Under the pieces are notes generated by a model. It saw nothing but the letters and a program-made list of their open reading frames with translations. It was not told the origin of the DNA and did no database searches. 64,000 bases of DNA, taken from assembly GCF_009914755.1 (NCBI RefSeq), contig NC_060939.1; one strand, given 5' to 3'. Below are positions 1-16,874 of this stretch, piece by piece. Numbering within the stretch: position 1 is the stretch's first letter; each line of letters begins with the position of its first letter. The translations under genes and the position numbers were made by a program. Source of the DNA: the human T2T-CHM13v2.0 reference genome, Homo sapiens.

Positions 1-14
1 AATTTCAGGGAGTG

Positions 15-1235
15 GCGTAAACAAACTTAGATGGTATAACCTACCGCACACCTAGGCTATAAACCTTTACAGTATATTTTTGTACTGAATACTGTAGGTA
101 ATTGTAACATAATGGTATTTGTGTATCTAAACATAGAAGGGGTACAGTAAAAATAACGTACAAAAGATAAAAACGTGGATACCTGTACAGGGCACTTACC
201 ATGAATGGAGCTTGCAGGACTGGAAGTTGCTCTGGGTGGGTCAGTGAGTGAGTGGTGAGTGAATGTGAAGGTGTAGAACATTACTGTACACTATTGTAGA
301 CTATAAACACTGTATACTTAGGCTACACCAAATTTATTTAAAAATTTGTTTCTTCAATAAAAATTTAACCATAACTTACTATAACTTTTTTACATTATAA
401 ACTTTTAAATTTTTCTAAACTTTTTGGTTTTTTTGTAATAACACTTAAAATACAAACACATTGTACAGCTATACAAAAATATTTTCTCTTTGTATTCTTA
501 TTCTATGAGCTTTTTTCTATTTTTAACTTTTTTTTTTGTTTGTTTTAAATTTGTTTGTTAAAAACTAAGACGTAGACACACACATTCGCCTAGGTTGGGA
601 TCATCAGTATCACTGTCTTCCGCCTCCACATCTTGTCGCACTGGAAGCTCTCCAGGGGCAAGAACACACATGGAACTGTTATCACCTATGAGATAACATA
701 GGTGCCTTCTGGAATACCTCCTGAAGGTCCTGCCTGAGGCTCTTTTTGAGGAATAGTTTTGTTCATACCAATATCACAGCTAACAAGGGAATAATGCATT
801 GCACTACATTACAGCTACAAAGTCACTACTGGCGAGAGGGATTTTTCAGTTCTATTGTGATCTTATAAGACCACTGTAGGCCGGGCGCGGTGGTTTACGC
901 CTGTAATCCCAGCACTTGGGGAGGCTGAGACAGACAGATCACTTGAGGTCAGGAGTTTGAGACCAGCCTGGGCAACGTGGTGAATTCCTGTCTCTAATAA
1001 AAATATGAAAATTAGCTGGGTGTGGTGGTGCATGCCTGTAATCCCAGCTACTCAGGAGGCTAAGGCGGGAGAATCACTTGAATCCAGGAGGTGGAGGTTG
1101 CAGTGAGCCAAGATCACGCCACGGCACTCCAGCCTGTGTGGCAGAGTGAGACCCTGTCTCAAAAAAAAAAAAAAAGACCACTGTAATATGTGTGATCCAT
1201 TGTTGACTCAAACACTGTTGTATGGTGCATGACTA
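15..1235. mobile_element. Tigger3/Golem (MER7)-type DNA transposon remnant interrupted by an Alu
   Basis: Body resembles the remembered Tigger3 consensus. The right end at ~1186-1235 (aatatgtgtgatccattgttgactcaaacactgttgtatggtgcatgacta) matches the Tigger3 terminal inverted repeat. Confidence 0.7.
879..1173 (+). mobile_element. AluS element with 12-bp target-site duplication
   Basis: Full dimeric Alu with poly-A tail, flanked by aagaccactgta at 867-878 and 1174-1185. Confidence 0.95.
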
Positions 1236-1417
1236 TAATTTAGTTTGAATAATAGTATTGAAAGGTGAGAAATTCTATCTAGCTTCTTCTGGTCTTTTTT
1301 TTTTTTAATGCCTGTTATCAAGCATCCAAATGTAGGTGTAGAAGGCATACCTATATTCTTTACAAAGGTTACACAGGTGCTTTAAATCTCTATTTTGCTT
1401 ATATTTTTTCATTCCAG

Positions 1418-1554
1418 GAATACTTCATTGCTCCATCAGTAGATATACAAGAACAGGTTTATCGTGTCCAAAAACTCCACCATATTCTAGAAATATTAGT
1501 CAGTTGCATGCCTTTCATTAAATCTCAACATGAACTCCTCTTTTCTTTAACACA
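1418..1554 (+). CDS. ZWILCH: ZWILCH kinetochore protein (RZZ complex), internal coding exon ([13 protein letters not shown]...LLFSLT)
   Basis: ttccag|GAA acceptor and CA|gtaagt donor; 137-nt open frame; peptide recognised as the ZWILCH C-terminal region. The gene's 5' part lies left of the window. Confidence 0.93.
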
Positions 1555-2652
1555 GTAAGTACATCTGTATTCTTCACTTATATAGAAATGTATTTCTTTT
1601 GAAATAGTTACAGCCTAAATATGTACAGTTTTTATTACCAGTTAGGATAGAACCTCTTCATCCTGTCTTTACAGTAGCATGCATGAGTCTAAGTCAGTGC
1701 CATAGGCAGGAAAGGCTTTGGATTCAAAAGGAATCAGATTTGACATTGGCTGCATCACTTCCTAACTTCCTTAGGAAGTTTCCATCACTGAATCCTGTTT
1801 CCTCATCTGTAAAAAGGATCTAATAACCTCATGTATTCGTAAATACTAGTTCCTTCTCTTCTTTATATCCCTGTCAATTTGGGTCAAAATAGCCTTGCCA
1901 GCCATCTAAATGATAACAATGGAATCAAATAGTACTACTAGACCTCTGTCAGTAGCATTGCTGTAATTGTAGAGACTGCTGTAATTTGAGATTCCAATTA
2001 GTTTGACTAGAGGTTATTTGGAAAAATTCTCAGACACGGACTGCTGGTATCTTATGTGTATTTGAGGCCTCAAACTAGGAAGTGAACTGTCCAGTGGAAG
2101 GACTGGGTTTCTTTTCCCTCTGGAAGGAAATGTACCATTACATTTTCCAAAATTACAATTTGCCTCAGTTGTAGAGGGGAAAGTTTGAAATTGTTATTGT
2201 TTATAGAATCTCCAAGTTTTGTTTTTTTTTTCCCCATTATAGATCAGTGGAATGAATGAGTTAACTGTAATTCCTTGGACTCTGAAAACCATGGAAGCTG
2301 TACTTTTGTTTCTCTTCTGCCTCTTTTTTTTGTATTGTTTCTCTCTTTCTGTAACCTCTTTCTCCCCACGAAGCCTTTCTTTGGCCTCAAATTTATTTTA
2401 TATTTATGAGAAATATGTCTATTAATTTTTTAAAAGTGAATGAGATTTGTTTTCAAAGAAAAAAACATAACCTAAGTTTTGTTTGTAGGGTTGTTGTGTT
2501 TGTTTGTTTACTTTTGTGGCTCTAAAAGTGTTCGCTGATGTTTTAGTTAGTAGTACTCAATAAAATGTTTCCCTTACGAGCTTTAGACTACCAGAAAAAC
2601 GTTATGTCAAATGGCTCTTTTTTCCAAAAGAGGTTCCATTTTGTTTTTTCAG

Positions 2653-2748
2653 GATCTGCATAAAGTATTACAAACAAAATCCTCTTGATGAGCAACACAT
2701 TTTTCAGCTGCCAGTCAGACCAACTGCTGTAAAGAACTTATATCAAAG
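2653..2748 (+). CDS. ZWILCH: ZWILCH coding exon ([31 protein letters not shown])
   Basis: ttttttcag| acceptor and AG|gtaagc donor; 96 nt; phase continues from the previous exon. Confidence 0.93.
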
Positions 2749-2765
2749 GTAAGCAATTTTTGCTA

Positions 2766-3217
<452 letters not shown>

Positions 3218-3589
3218 TTATTATCTTAAGTCCACCCATGATCCTAGGCAATTTCAGTGTTCATATTCAGTAGGGACCTCATGACCCAGAGCTTCGTCAC
3301 CTCTGAAACCTTAATCATCTGTGACCATAGTCTGAGAGAGTTCTCCCTCTTCCTTCTCTCAGACCTCTCTCTAGACTGTTGGGCCTCTAGTCTTTCATTT
3401 TTCTCTGTATTTGTTATTCCTTCAGAGAAGAGTGGAAAGTATAGCCAGAAAGGAAATGATGGATTAGGAGAAAAATGACCAGGATAGTGATAACAGGGTC
3501 TAGGGTATGACTGTGGGAGTGAGAGAAGGGTTTGGGATTAGAGGAAGTAGGGAACTGTGAGGCTGAGATGATAGATTGTTCATCCACAT

Positions 3590-5515
<1,926 letters not shown>

Positions 5516-5582
5516 TGTAGAGGGAAGGAAGTAAATGGCTGTTTTTGAAAATTTTTCTTTTGTCGTTTTATTCTTTCCTTAG

Positions 5583-5695
5583 TGAGAAGCCACAGAAATG
5601 GAGAGTGGAAATATATAGTGGTCAAAAGAAGATTAAGACAGTTTGGCAACTGAGTGACAGCTCACCCATAGACCATCTGAATTTTCACAAACCTG
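5583..5695 (+). CDS. ZWILCH: ZWILCH coding exon ([37 protein letters not shown])
   Basis: cttag|T acceptor and CTG|gtaaag donor; 113 nt; phase consistent with neighbours. Confidence 0.93.
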
Positions 5696-5875
5696 GTAAA
5701 GATGGTTTATAATCTGTTCAGATAAATAATTCCAACAGAAAATAAACTAAGTCTGGCTGGGCACAGCGGCTCACGCCTGTAATCCCAGCACTTTGGGAGG
5801 CCGGGGTGGGCAGATTGTGTGAGCTCAGGAGTTTGAGACCAGCCTGGCCAACATGGTGAAACCCCATCTCTACTA

Positions 5876-6061
<186 letters not shown>

Positions 6062-6093
6062 CTAAATCTTACTGGAATGGATTATTATTATAG

Positions 6094-6237
<144 letters not shown>

Positions 6238-7882
6238 TGAGTAGCTGGGATTACAGGTACGTGCTACCACACCCAGCTAATTTTTTGTATCTTTAGTAAA
6301 GATGGGTTTTACCATGTTGGCCAGGCTGGTCTCAAACTCCTGACCTCATGATCCACCTGCCTCAGCCTCCCAAAGTGCTAGGATTACAGGTGTGAGCCAC
6401 CACTCCTGGCCTGTGCCCAGTTTTAAGTAATTTTCCCGAACTCTAAGTGTAAAACATATTTATTCTTTAAAAAAGAAAACTGCTGGGCCCAGTGGTTTGA
6501 GCCTGTAATCCCAGCACTTTGGGAGGCTGAGGCGGGTGGATCACTTTGAACTCAGGAGTTAGAGACCAGCCTGGGCAACATGGAGAAACCCCATCTCTAC
6601 AAAAAAAAAAAAAATACAAAAATTAGCCGGGTGTTGGTGGCTTGTTGCTGTAGTTCCAGCTACTCAGGAGGCTGAGGCGGGAGAATCACTTAACCCAGGA
6701 AGTGGAGGTTACAGTGAGCTGGTCGCACTACTGCAGTCTAGCTTGGGCAACAGAGTGTAACCCTGTCTCAGAAACACACCACACACACACACGCACACGC
6801 ACACACAAAACTATCATTATTTTTATGCAACTGTAATACCCAGAAAAATTTAGTGTATAATAATCAGAAAAGAATGCTTTTTCTCCTTATCTTGTATAGA
6901 GGAACTTTTACTAAAAGAGATCAAGCAATAGGGACATAGGAGTAAAAATAGGTTGTAAGATGGAAATGCTGATTCATACTTGACACTTTTGGGCACTGGT
7001 TAAAACGATGATGATATTTCTGTCATAGTGTCTTCTCCATGGTTGAAATAAGGGTTGAGATTGCTAGTATTCTATCACAGATGGTCCATATTAGGCAAAG
7101 AATGTCTTTTAGCCCTTTGTGTAATTAGCTAGCCTACCAAGTCTTCCTCCTTCAGGAAGTACCCTCAAACTCATATCTTCATGCACGTGGGTTGTACGGT
7201 GCTGTTGTCTCTTATTCATATGGGTCTTAAATGCCTTCATTTAAATATGTAAAGATTATTTGAAAACAAATCTGATAGTTTTCAGACTGAATCTATTAAT
7301 TAGATTTCAAAGGCCTATACTGCTGGGAATACAAATAGTTTTATTTTACTGATTAATAACTTGCAAAAAATTTTTCCAGAAAATGTTTGTGCTCCTGCCC
7401 TCCCAAGTATATTCTGATTTAGGTATAATGGAAATTTCTGTCAGTTAGAGGCTCTGTTCATATAGTTGAACTATAAAAGTCATAACCAAACTGAATTTTT
7501 CTGAGAGCCATCAGTTAAAATTGTGCTGTTTTTTTCTAAGTGTTATACAAAACCTGGAAGTGATAAAAGACTGAGAATCAGCTGTAAAAGTAGAAAAATT
7601 TCTGCATGGCAAAACAGACAAATTATAAACTAGGAAAAGAAATTTGTAGCCCAGGCCGGGCACGGTGGCTCACACCTGTAATCCCAGCACTTTGGGAGGC
7701 CGAGGTGGGCGGATCACAAGGTCAGGAATTTGAGACTAGCCTGGCCAGCACGGTGAAACACCATCTCTACTAAAAAAATACAAAAAAAGGCCGGGCGCGG
7801 GGGCTCACACCTGTAATCCCAGCACTTTGGGAGGTCCAGGCAAGTGGATCACGAGGTCAGGAGATCATGACCATCCTGGCTA

Positions 7883-8113
<231 letters not shown>

Positions 8114-9021
8114 TCAGTAAGAAAAATATTAATAGCTCAATAGAAAAATTGATAGTAAGGTAAACAGTGTACCAAAAGGAAATTCAAATGTGGTTTTAAA
8201 AATAAGATATGCTTGCTTGTACTCCCAGCTACTTGGGAGGCTGAGGTGGGAAAGATTGCTTGAGCTCAAGAGTTCAAGGCTAGCCTGGGCAACATAGCGA
8301 GATTCCATCTCTAAAAAATGTAAAAGAATAAACCATGCTCAACCTCACCTATAATAAGAGAAATGCAAATTTATATTATATAGATACCTTTTCCATATTA
8401 GCAAAGATCAAAAAGTTTGGTGTCTGTGCTGGCGTGGGTATGGGAGAACGGGCAATCATTCTCACACATTTCTGGTTGGAATGTAAAGTTGTACAGCTTC
8501 TGTGGGAGGTAGTACCCATCAAAATTGTAAAAGAATAGCTGGGCATGGTGACATGTGCCTATAATCCCAGCTACTTGGGATGCTGAGTCAGGAGAATTGC
8601 TAGACTTTGGGAGTGGGGGGCTGCAATGAGCCAAGATCGTGCTCTTGCACTTCAGCCTGGGTGGCGGAGCAAGACTCCATCTCAAAAAATAAATAAATAA
8701 ATAAATACATTCTTTGGCCTAGCAGTTTCATAAGTAGGAATTTATTACACACATAAAATCAGACCTATGAACAAGACTATTAGTTGTGGTATTGCTTATG
8801 GTAGCAAAAACATGGAGACGGGGACTTAGATAAAGACCTAGAAGGATACAGTCCAACTTTAGCCATGAGATGTGGAATGGTGATTGCAGAGATGATTACC
8901 AGTTTGGGCTGAACATTAGAATCATCTGCAAAGCTTTTAAGGTTCTATTGCCTAAGCTAGGTGCATTGGCTCACGATTTTGTAATCCTAGCACTTCGGGA
9001 GGCTAAGGCCTGGGAGGATCA

Positions 9022-9267
<246 letters not shown>

Positions 9268-9579
9268 TCATGCCAAGTAAATCAGAATCTCTGGGAGTAC
9301 AGCTGGGACATCAGTAATTTGTAGAGTTCTTCAGGTGATTCCACTGTGCAACTGTGGCTGAGAATCACCAACCTAAAGTAAACATTCTGTCTACATCTAT
9401 TGTTTTTTAAAGAAGAAACATATATTCTTTAAAGATTTTAAAGAAGAAACATGTCTTTTAAAGAAGAAAACATATGGCTCACGCCTGTAATCCCAGCACT
9501 TTGGGAGGCCAAGGCGGGTGGATCACCTGAGGTCAGGAGTTCCAGACCCAGCCAACATGGTGAAACCCCACCTGTACTA

Positions 9580-9780
<201 letters not shown>

Positions 9781-10161
9781 TTAAAGAAGAAACGTATTTT
9801 ATGGTTAAAAAGAAAATGTTATTTATTTATTTTTGAGACAGGGTCTTGCTCTGTCACCCCAGCTGGAGTGCAGTGGCATGATCTTGCCTCACTGCAGACT
9901 CAATCTTCCAGGCTCAAGCAATCCTCCTACTTCAGCGTCCCAAGTAGCTTGGGACTATGGGTGGGCGCCATCATGCCTGCCTAATTTTTTCCTTTTTAAA
10001 TTTTTCATAGAGGCGAGGTCTTGTTATGTTGGCCAGGAGTTCTCAAACTCCTGAGCTGAAATATTCCCCCTGGCTCAGCCTCCCAAAGCCCTAGGATTAC
10101 AGGTGCGAACTACTACTGCCCCCGGCCAAAAGGACAATTTTAAAGACATAAATATATGTGA

Positions 10162-10517
<356 letters not shown>

Positions 10518-10686
10518 TGAGCCACTGTGCCCAGCTGAAAAAAATGCCATTTTAAAGTAAATTTTGGCCAGTTGTGGTGGCTCACACCTGTAATCCCAGC
10601 ACTTTGGAAGGCTGAGGTGGGTGGATCACCTGAGGTCAGGAGTTCGTGACCAGCCTGGCCAACATGTTGAAACCCTGTCTCTACTA

Positions 10687-10868
<182 letters not shown>

Positions 10869-12085
10869 TTATTTTGTAGAGATTAGAGTTCTGTTTTGAG
10901 GAAATTCATACAAGATGAAACATCTTTTCCTAATAATGCTGAATAAGCAAGTATACTGAACACATCATTTAATGTCTTTTTGACATGGATTGCAACAAAA
11001 AAGAGTGAAAGTTATTTTGAATGTTGGAGTTAAAGCAATTTTCTAGTGCATTGGTCCAGTGACTCCTTTTATGAAAATAAGGAATTCTTATAAAATCATA
11101 TATTTATGTGCTTAGGAACACACTCAAACTCCATTTTGGCTTGAACTTTATAACCTCTTGTAGCCATCATATATTCTTGATATGTTTGTCTAGAAATTAT
11201 TCAGTGTCTTTTATCCCCAAAGCAAGACCCATTTTCGAAGGGGGTATCTCATTTGTAAAAGTCATGGGCTATTCAAACAAAGTCTTAATTGTAAATATGG
11301 CCTAAAATGTTTAATTTTCTTTCGAAGATCGTATGCTTTTAAGGAGTTAGACTTCTTATTTCTTTGGACTGAGCACTTAAGTCCAATACTAGCTTTTCAA
11401 GAAATTTAATGGTATGATGCTTTTGAGTAAAATAGTTGACATCAAAGGCAGGGAGACTTAAGAGAGAAATGTGTACTTTTAGCCACCATGGAAAGAGAGA
11501 GGGTAATGATTTGGAGTTAATGGAGGAGAAAACGTGACCAGTGGAGTGCTGCTCACCCAGTGGGTGCTCAGTAAATGATTGTTGATAATGATGAAAATAT
11601 GGAAACCAAAATGTTGACCCACAAGGAAGTGGACATTATCCCATCAAAATGTTGATTGGACCATTTATTTTTGAAATAAAATAGTCTTTGGGAGAAAAAT
11701 GGATATGTGTCTAGCCCTAAGACTACAAATCTTAAATAGAAATTCTTTTCTGAAATTTATGTTAGGATTGGAGAAAAGACAGTTGTGTAACCCTAGTTAA
11801 TATGGCACAAAAAATAAAGCAGTAAGTTTCCAAATTAAAAAGATATAATTAAAAAATAACCTGCTTCATTTTTAGTTTATTTAATCATGTTTTAAATGCA
11901 TCAAGAGTTTCATATTTAAAGCAAGTGTCCTTACTGAATTTTTCCCAATGAATTCTCTTAAAGTAGAAGACACATTGCCATTTAGACCACCTCTTAGTTA
12001 TTGTATTGGTGTAAAATTCAGCATTATACATGGTAGAAAAGCAGGGTGTTAAGCAATTCTGATCTCACTCTCTTTTTGATTACAG

Positions 12086-12174
12086 ATTTTTCGGAATTAA
12101 CACTAAACGGTAGCCTGGAAGAAAGGATATTCTTTACTAACATGGTTACCTGCAGCCAGGTGCATTTCAAGTGA
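12086..12174 (+). CDS. ZWILCH: ZWILCH last coding exon ([29 protein letters not shown]); exon continues as UTR to a donor at 12200
   Basis: ttacag|AT acceptor; TGA at 12172-12174; AAG|gtattt donor at 12200/12201. Confidence 0.93.
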
Positions 12175-12686
12175 AGTGTGCTGATGAAGTCCTCTATAAG
12201 GTATTTATGTTCACATTTTAGTCTCTTTGTCAAATACTTTGTAATAAGTACCTTACGTTTAGTTCTTTCTACATTATCAATGTCGATTTGCTACATTAGG
12301 AATAGGGATTATTAGTAATCACATAAAAGGCTTACCAGTTGTTATTGAGCAGTGCAACTCTTTAATTTTCTTTCTACCTTTTGTGGTCAACTTTTAATAG
12401 GTCAATTTAATCCTAAAACCAGAGAAATAAAAAAAAATGCTTGAGTGGTAATGTCTTTGCATTTAAAATCTGTATATGTAGTAGAAAGTGAGTTTGATTT
12501 TGAAAACATTGATGCAAGAGAAAAACCCTGAACAGGCATACTGATTTGCCGTTGAAAGCGAAGTTTTGTTATAAATAATTTTATTCCAGCCCAACTATAG
12601 GACAAGCCCCAGATGTAAATACTCTTCTTAAAATGTTTTGATTTGAGATCATATTAACCAAAAGAATTAATGGAATGACATTTTCT

Positions 12687-12880
12687 TTTTTTTTTTTTTT
12701 TTTTTTTTGAGACACAGTCCCGCTCTGTCACCCAGGCTGGAGTGCAGTGGCGCTATCTCGGCTCACTGCAAGCTCCGCCTCCCAGATTCAATGCCATTCT
12801 CCTGCCTCAGCCTCCCAAGTAGCTGGGACTACAGGCGCCTGCCACCACGCTTGGCTAATTTTTTGTATTTTTAGTAGAGA
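12687..12880 (-). mobile_element. 5'-truncated AluY with 10-bp target-site duplication
   Basis: Right arm plus middle A-rich linker only; gacattttct at 12677-12686 and 12879-12888. Confidence 0.85.
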
Positions 12881-13042
12881 CATTTTCTACTGTCTTATTC
12901 TTTTTTGGTTTCAGAAACAGTATTAAGTAAAATCAGATAATGAGAAAAATGCATGAGATTGTTCTTAAGCCATGTTTTATCCCCAAATAAATGGAAATTA
13001 ATTAATTTTAGCATTTTAACATAGTTAAGAGTAAAATGAATC

Positions 13043-13048
13043 TTTATT
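13043..13048 (-). terminator. LCTL: Candidate distal LCTL polyadenylation signal (AATAAA on - strand)
   Basis: tttatt on + strand about 940 nt past the LCTL stop. Usage cannot be shown from sequence. Confidence 0.5.
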
Positions 13049-13244
13049 ATAAAAAAGACGATATTGAGTTACCTAGAAGATAAATAAAAAATAAACATGT
13101 AATATTTCTTTGAGGTATTTCATTGACTAAAGTAAGTTGAATTTAGTCAGAGTTGTCAGACTAAATTCAGACTAAAGTGTCAGAAGAGTGTACGTGCTCA
13201 TTTACTTGGTACCCACTTCATGCTTTTCTGTGGTTGGCTAATAA

Positions 13245-13583
<339 letters not shown>

Positions 13584-13817
13584 TGATTTTATCTATCAGG
13601 TATGGGACAGTGCTGAGATGGCAATCATTTGAACATTAAAGTAATATTTCTGGACAGATTTTAGAGTGATAAACAATCAAGTCACAACAGTTTGTATACT
13701 ATGATGCCATTTTTGTAAATAATTCATAATATACATTCATTATATACAGCAAAATCTTAACATTAACTTTAGGAGGGGTGAGATTACAAGTGTTTTTTTT
13801 TTTAATTTCTGCTTATT

Positions 13818-13823
13818 TTTATT
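13818..13823 (-). terminator. LCTL: Candidate proximal LCTL polyadenylation signal (AATAAA on - strand)
   Basis: tttatt on + strand 160 nt past the LCTL stop. Confidence 0.45.
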
Positions 13824-13843
13824 TTCTAATTCTTAAATCCCAG

Positions 13844-14980
13844 CACAAGCCAAAAAGAGAAAGAGAAAAAAAGGTAATTATTGTAGAACCTGAAAACAGC
13901 AATGTATGGAAACCCTCAAAGCAGAAAAGGGAGGAAGATCCTGAAGATTCTCTTATGAAGCTCCAAAATTGATAATCCTGTCTCAGCTCTGCCTCCTCAG
14001 GAGGAGCATTAGTAGAACAGCAGTGATGAGGACACAGAGGGAGCAGACAGTGGGTACCACGATCTCCGTAACCATTTGCATGTGACTTAGCAAGGGCTCT
14101 GAAATGACAAAGAGAACGAGCACCACAAATGAGAACAGGATCATTTTAGTAAATACAGCTTTATCCCAAAAGCTTTAACTGTATTGGGAAAACTTAAAAA
14201 ATAGCATCCTCAAATTTTCTGATTCTTATTTGCCATGAAATAGAACTTAGTAAATTAAATGTTATTTGAAAATGTTATAAGAGCTTTGTAAATATTTCAG
14301 AAAATATGGGATAAATGCCTGAATTTGGTTCTTCTACAGGTGCTATAATAAAGTCCATCTCTCAATACTTATACTTTCTAAATTCATCTCAGAATATTAG
14401 CAGCCATATTCCACAGTTCCTATAATTTTTACTGGGGGGGATTTGTGATAGGAAAGTCCTTGGGAAACATTTCCAATCTTTCAAAATATTATTGTGTATC
14501 TTAAGAAGTATAGGAACTTGTATGTTGAAATGTTGTATGGTAGTTCTTGTATAGTTAAATAATAATCTTTTTAAGAGTTAATGATAAGCATATGTTATGT
14601 GCATTATTAATAAAATAGTGGCCACTTAGGTAATACCCACTTTTATCTTGTGTGCTGGGTACTCTGGTTACTGAGATAAATAAGGCACTGGACATCCTCA
14701 CGTGGAGTTCACAGGCTCATCAGTGAATTCTGTACCACATTTCAACCTTGTTTATTTTAGTTTAATGGAATATACATTCTTAGTATTGCCTGATTATTTA
14801 AATTTGTTGAGGGGGATTGCATGTTGCTTTATTGGCCTGTAAAAATAGCTAGTTTGGTAAGATTTGGTCTCGCACCTTCCATCTTTGCTACCACATTAAA
14901 GATGAGCTTGTTAAAAAGGAAAGCATATTTCTCTGATTGCCCTTATGGAGAAATAAAGATAAAATTCAAAGAAACAAATA
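13844..14980 (+). other. ZWILCH: ZWILCH terminal 3'-UTR exon (3' end approximate)
   Basis: Pyrimidine-rich tract plus cccag| acceptor at 13843/13844, matching the free donor at 12200. AATAAA candidates at 14347, 14609, 14952 and 15302. Confidence 0.7.
13983..14098 (-). CDS. LCTL: LCTL exon 13: transmembrane helix and short tail (EPLLSHMQMVTEIVVPTVCSLCVLITAVLLMLLLRRQS*)
   Basis: tttcag|AG acceptor; TGA at 13985-13983; completes the 1704-nt CDS. Confidence 0.95.
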
Positions 14981-15533
14981 ATATGTGTTGGCATTTCTTG
15001 ATGCATAGTTGCATCTTTGTTATTCGACATCTCTGATCCTTTTAGACCCCATTACATAGGAAATGATGTCTTCTATGAAGACAGGGACCTTGTTTTGTTC
15101 CTGGCTATATCTCATGACTTAAACATTCCCTGGCAAATAGTGAGTGCTTAATAATTGCTTGCCGAATGAACAAATATAAGATCTCAAGTATTCTTTTTTC
15201 CTTCATCCCAGTTGGTATAGTGGTTGGCTTTTCCTCTCCTTGCCCAAGCCCACTATAACAAAAATAGTAGGTATATAAATTTATAGGTATGATTCTGAAA
15301 GAATAAAACTTGAATGGATAAAATGGATAAAATGTTTATCTTTCATGGTAGATTAAATGCTTTAAAATGCTTATAAATAGAAATTTGACATTGCTTCAAA
15401 GAAACCTGATTTTAATCATAAGTAGTTTTGGAAGATTGACTTCAAGTAGAGCCACATTTTGAGATTTTGAAAATGATATGTATAATTATTTAGTTTAATT
15501 ATTAAAGGAAAACATTGAAATATACTGACTCAC

Positions 15534-15597
15534 CTGCAGCAAGCATCTGATTGTTGATAGAGCAAGTTTCCAAAGCTTTGAGGTACCAACTTTCCAC
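15534..15597 (-). CDS. LCTL: LCTL exon 12 (VESWYLKALETCSINNQMLAA)
   Basis: atag|GTG acceptor and CAG|gtgagt donor; 64 nt; in phase. Confidence 0.95.
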
Positions 15598-16733
15598 CTA
15601 ATAAAAACCCACTTGATAAGTAATGTTGTCTTAGACTAATTTTTTGCTGTTTCAAATCATTTTTGAAATAAATGTGGGGTAAAAGTAAATATTTTTTAAA
15701 ATCTATCTGTAGTTTATGTTTTTAAATCATTTTGTAGTTTAAATTAGTTAATATTTACTGTACATCCATGTACATCATAGTGAGGGAGTCAAAGAACAGT
15801 CTTTATTCATGAGGAGTGTACACTCTAGTGCTTTTCTAATAATGTAAAAGTAGCAAATGCCTTATGGTTTTTAGTCACTGCTTCCATTTAATAGTCCTAC
15901 GGGGCTCACCTTAAAATAGTTTTGGTAAACAAGTGAAATTTACTTTTTAAAATTATTTTTATTAAGACACTCTATTTTATTTCATTTTTTAGAAACAGAG
16001 TCTTGCTCTGTTGCCCAGGCTGGAGTGCAGTGGAGCAATCATAGCTCACTGCAGCCTCAAATTCTTGGGCTCAAGTGATCCTCACACCTCAGTCTCTGTA
16101 GTCAGCTGGGACTACAGGCGCATCACCACATCCAGCTGATTTTTAAATTTTTGTAGAAATGATATCTTGCTATGTTGCCCAGGCTGGTCTTGAACACTTG
16201 GCCCCAAGCAGTCCTCCCACTCCAGCCTCCCAAGGTGCTGGGGTTACAGGCATGAGCCACCGTACCTGGCCAAGACACTCGAGATTACAGTTTATATTCC
16301 CTACCAATAGGTGCAGCAACAGAGAATAGAGAGCTGCTAGAAAAGTTTTCAGGTTATTGAAAATGTTTGGTAGATGCTAAAGGATTACTAAGTTTGATTA
16401 CTTTAGATCTCATTTTGAAGCCAGTGTGTGTGTATGGCTCTGCTGCTTGGCTGGAAAATAGATGAAAATGATATGATAATTATACATTTGATTTACTTAA
16501 CTTTTTAAATATATGTTGAAGAATAGGTAGTATTTGTTTGCATTAAGACACAAGATTTGGGCCAGGCGCGGTGGCTCACGCCTGTAATCCCAGCACTTTA
16601 GGAGGCTGAGGTGGGCAGATCACGAGGTCAAGAGTTAGAGACCATTCTGGGCAATATGGTGAAACCCCATCTCTACTAAAAATACAAAAATTAGCTGGGC
16701 GTGGTGGCATGCCCCTGTAATCCCAGCTACTCA

Positions 16734-16874
<141 letters not shown>

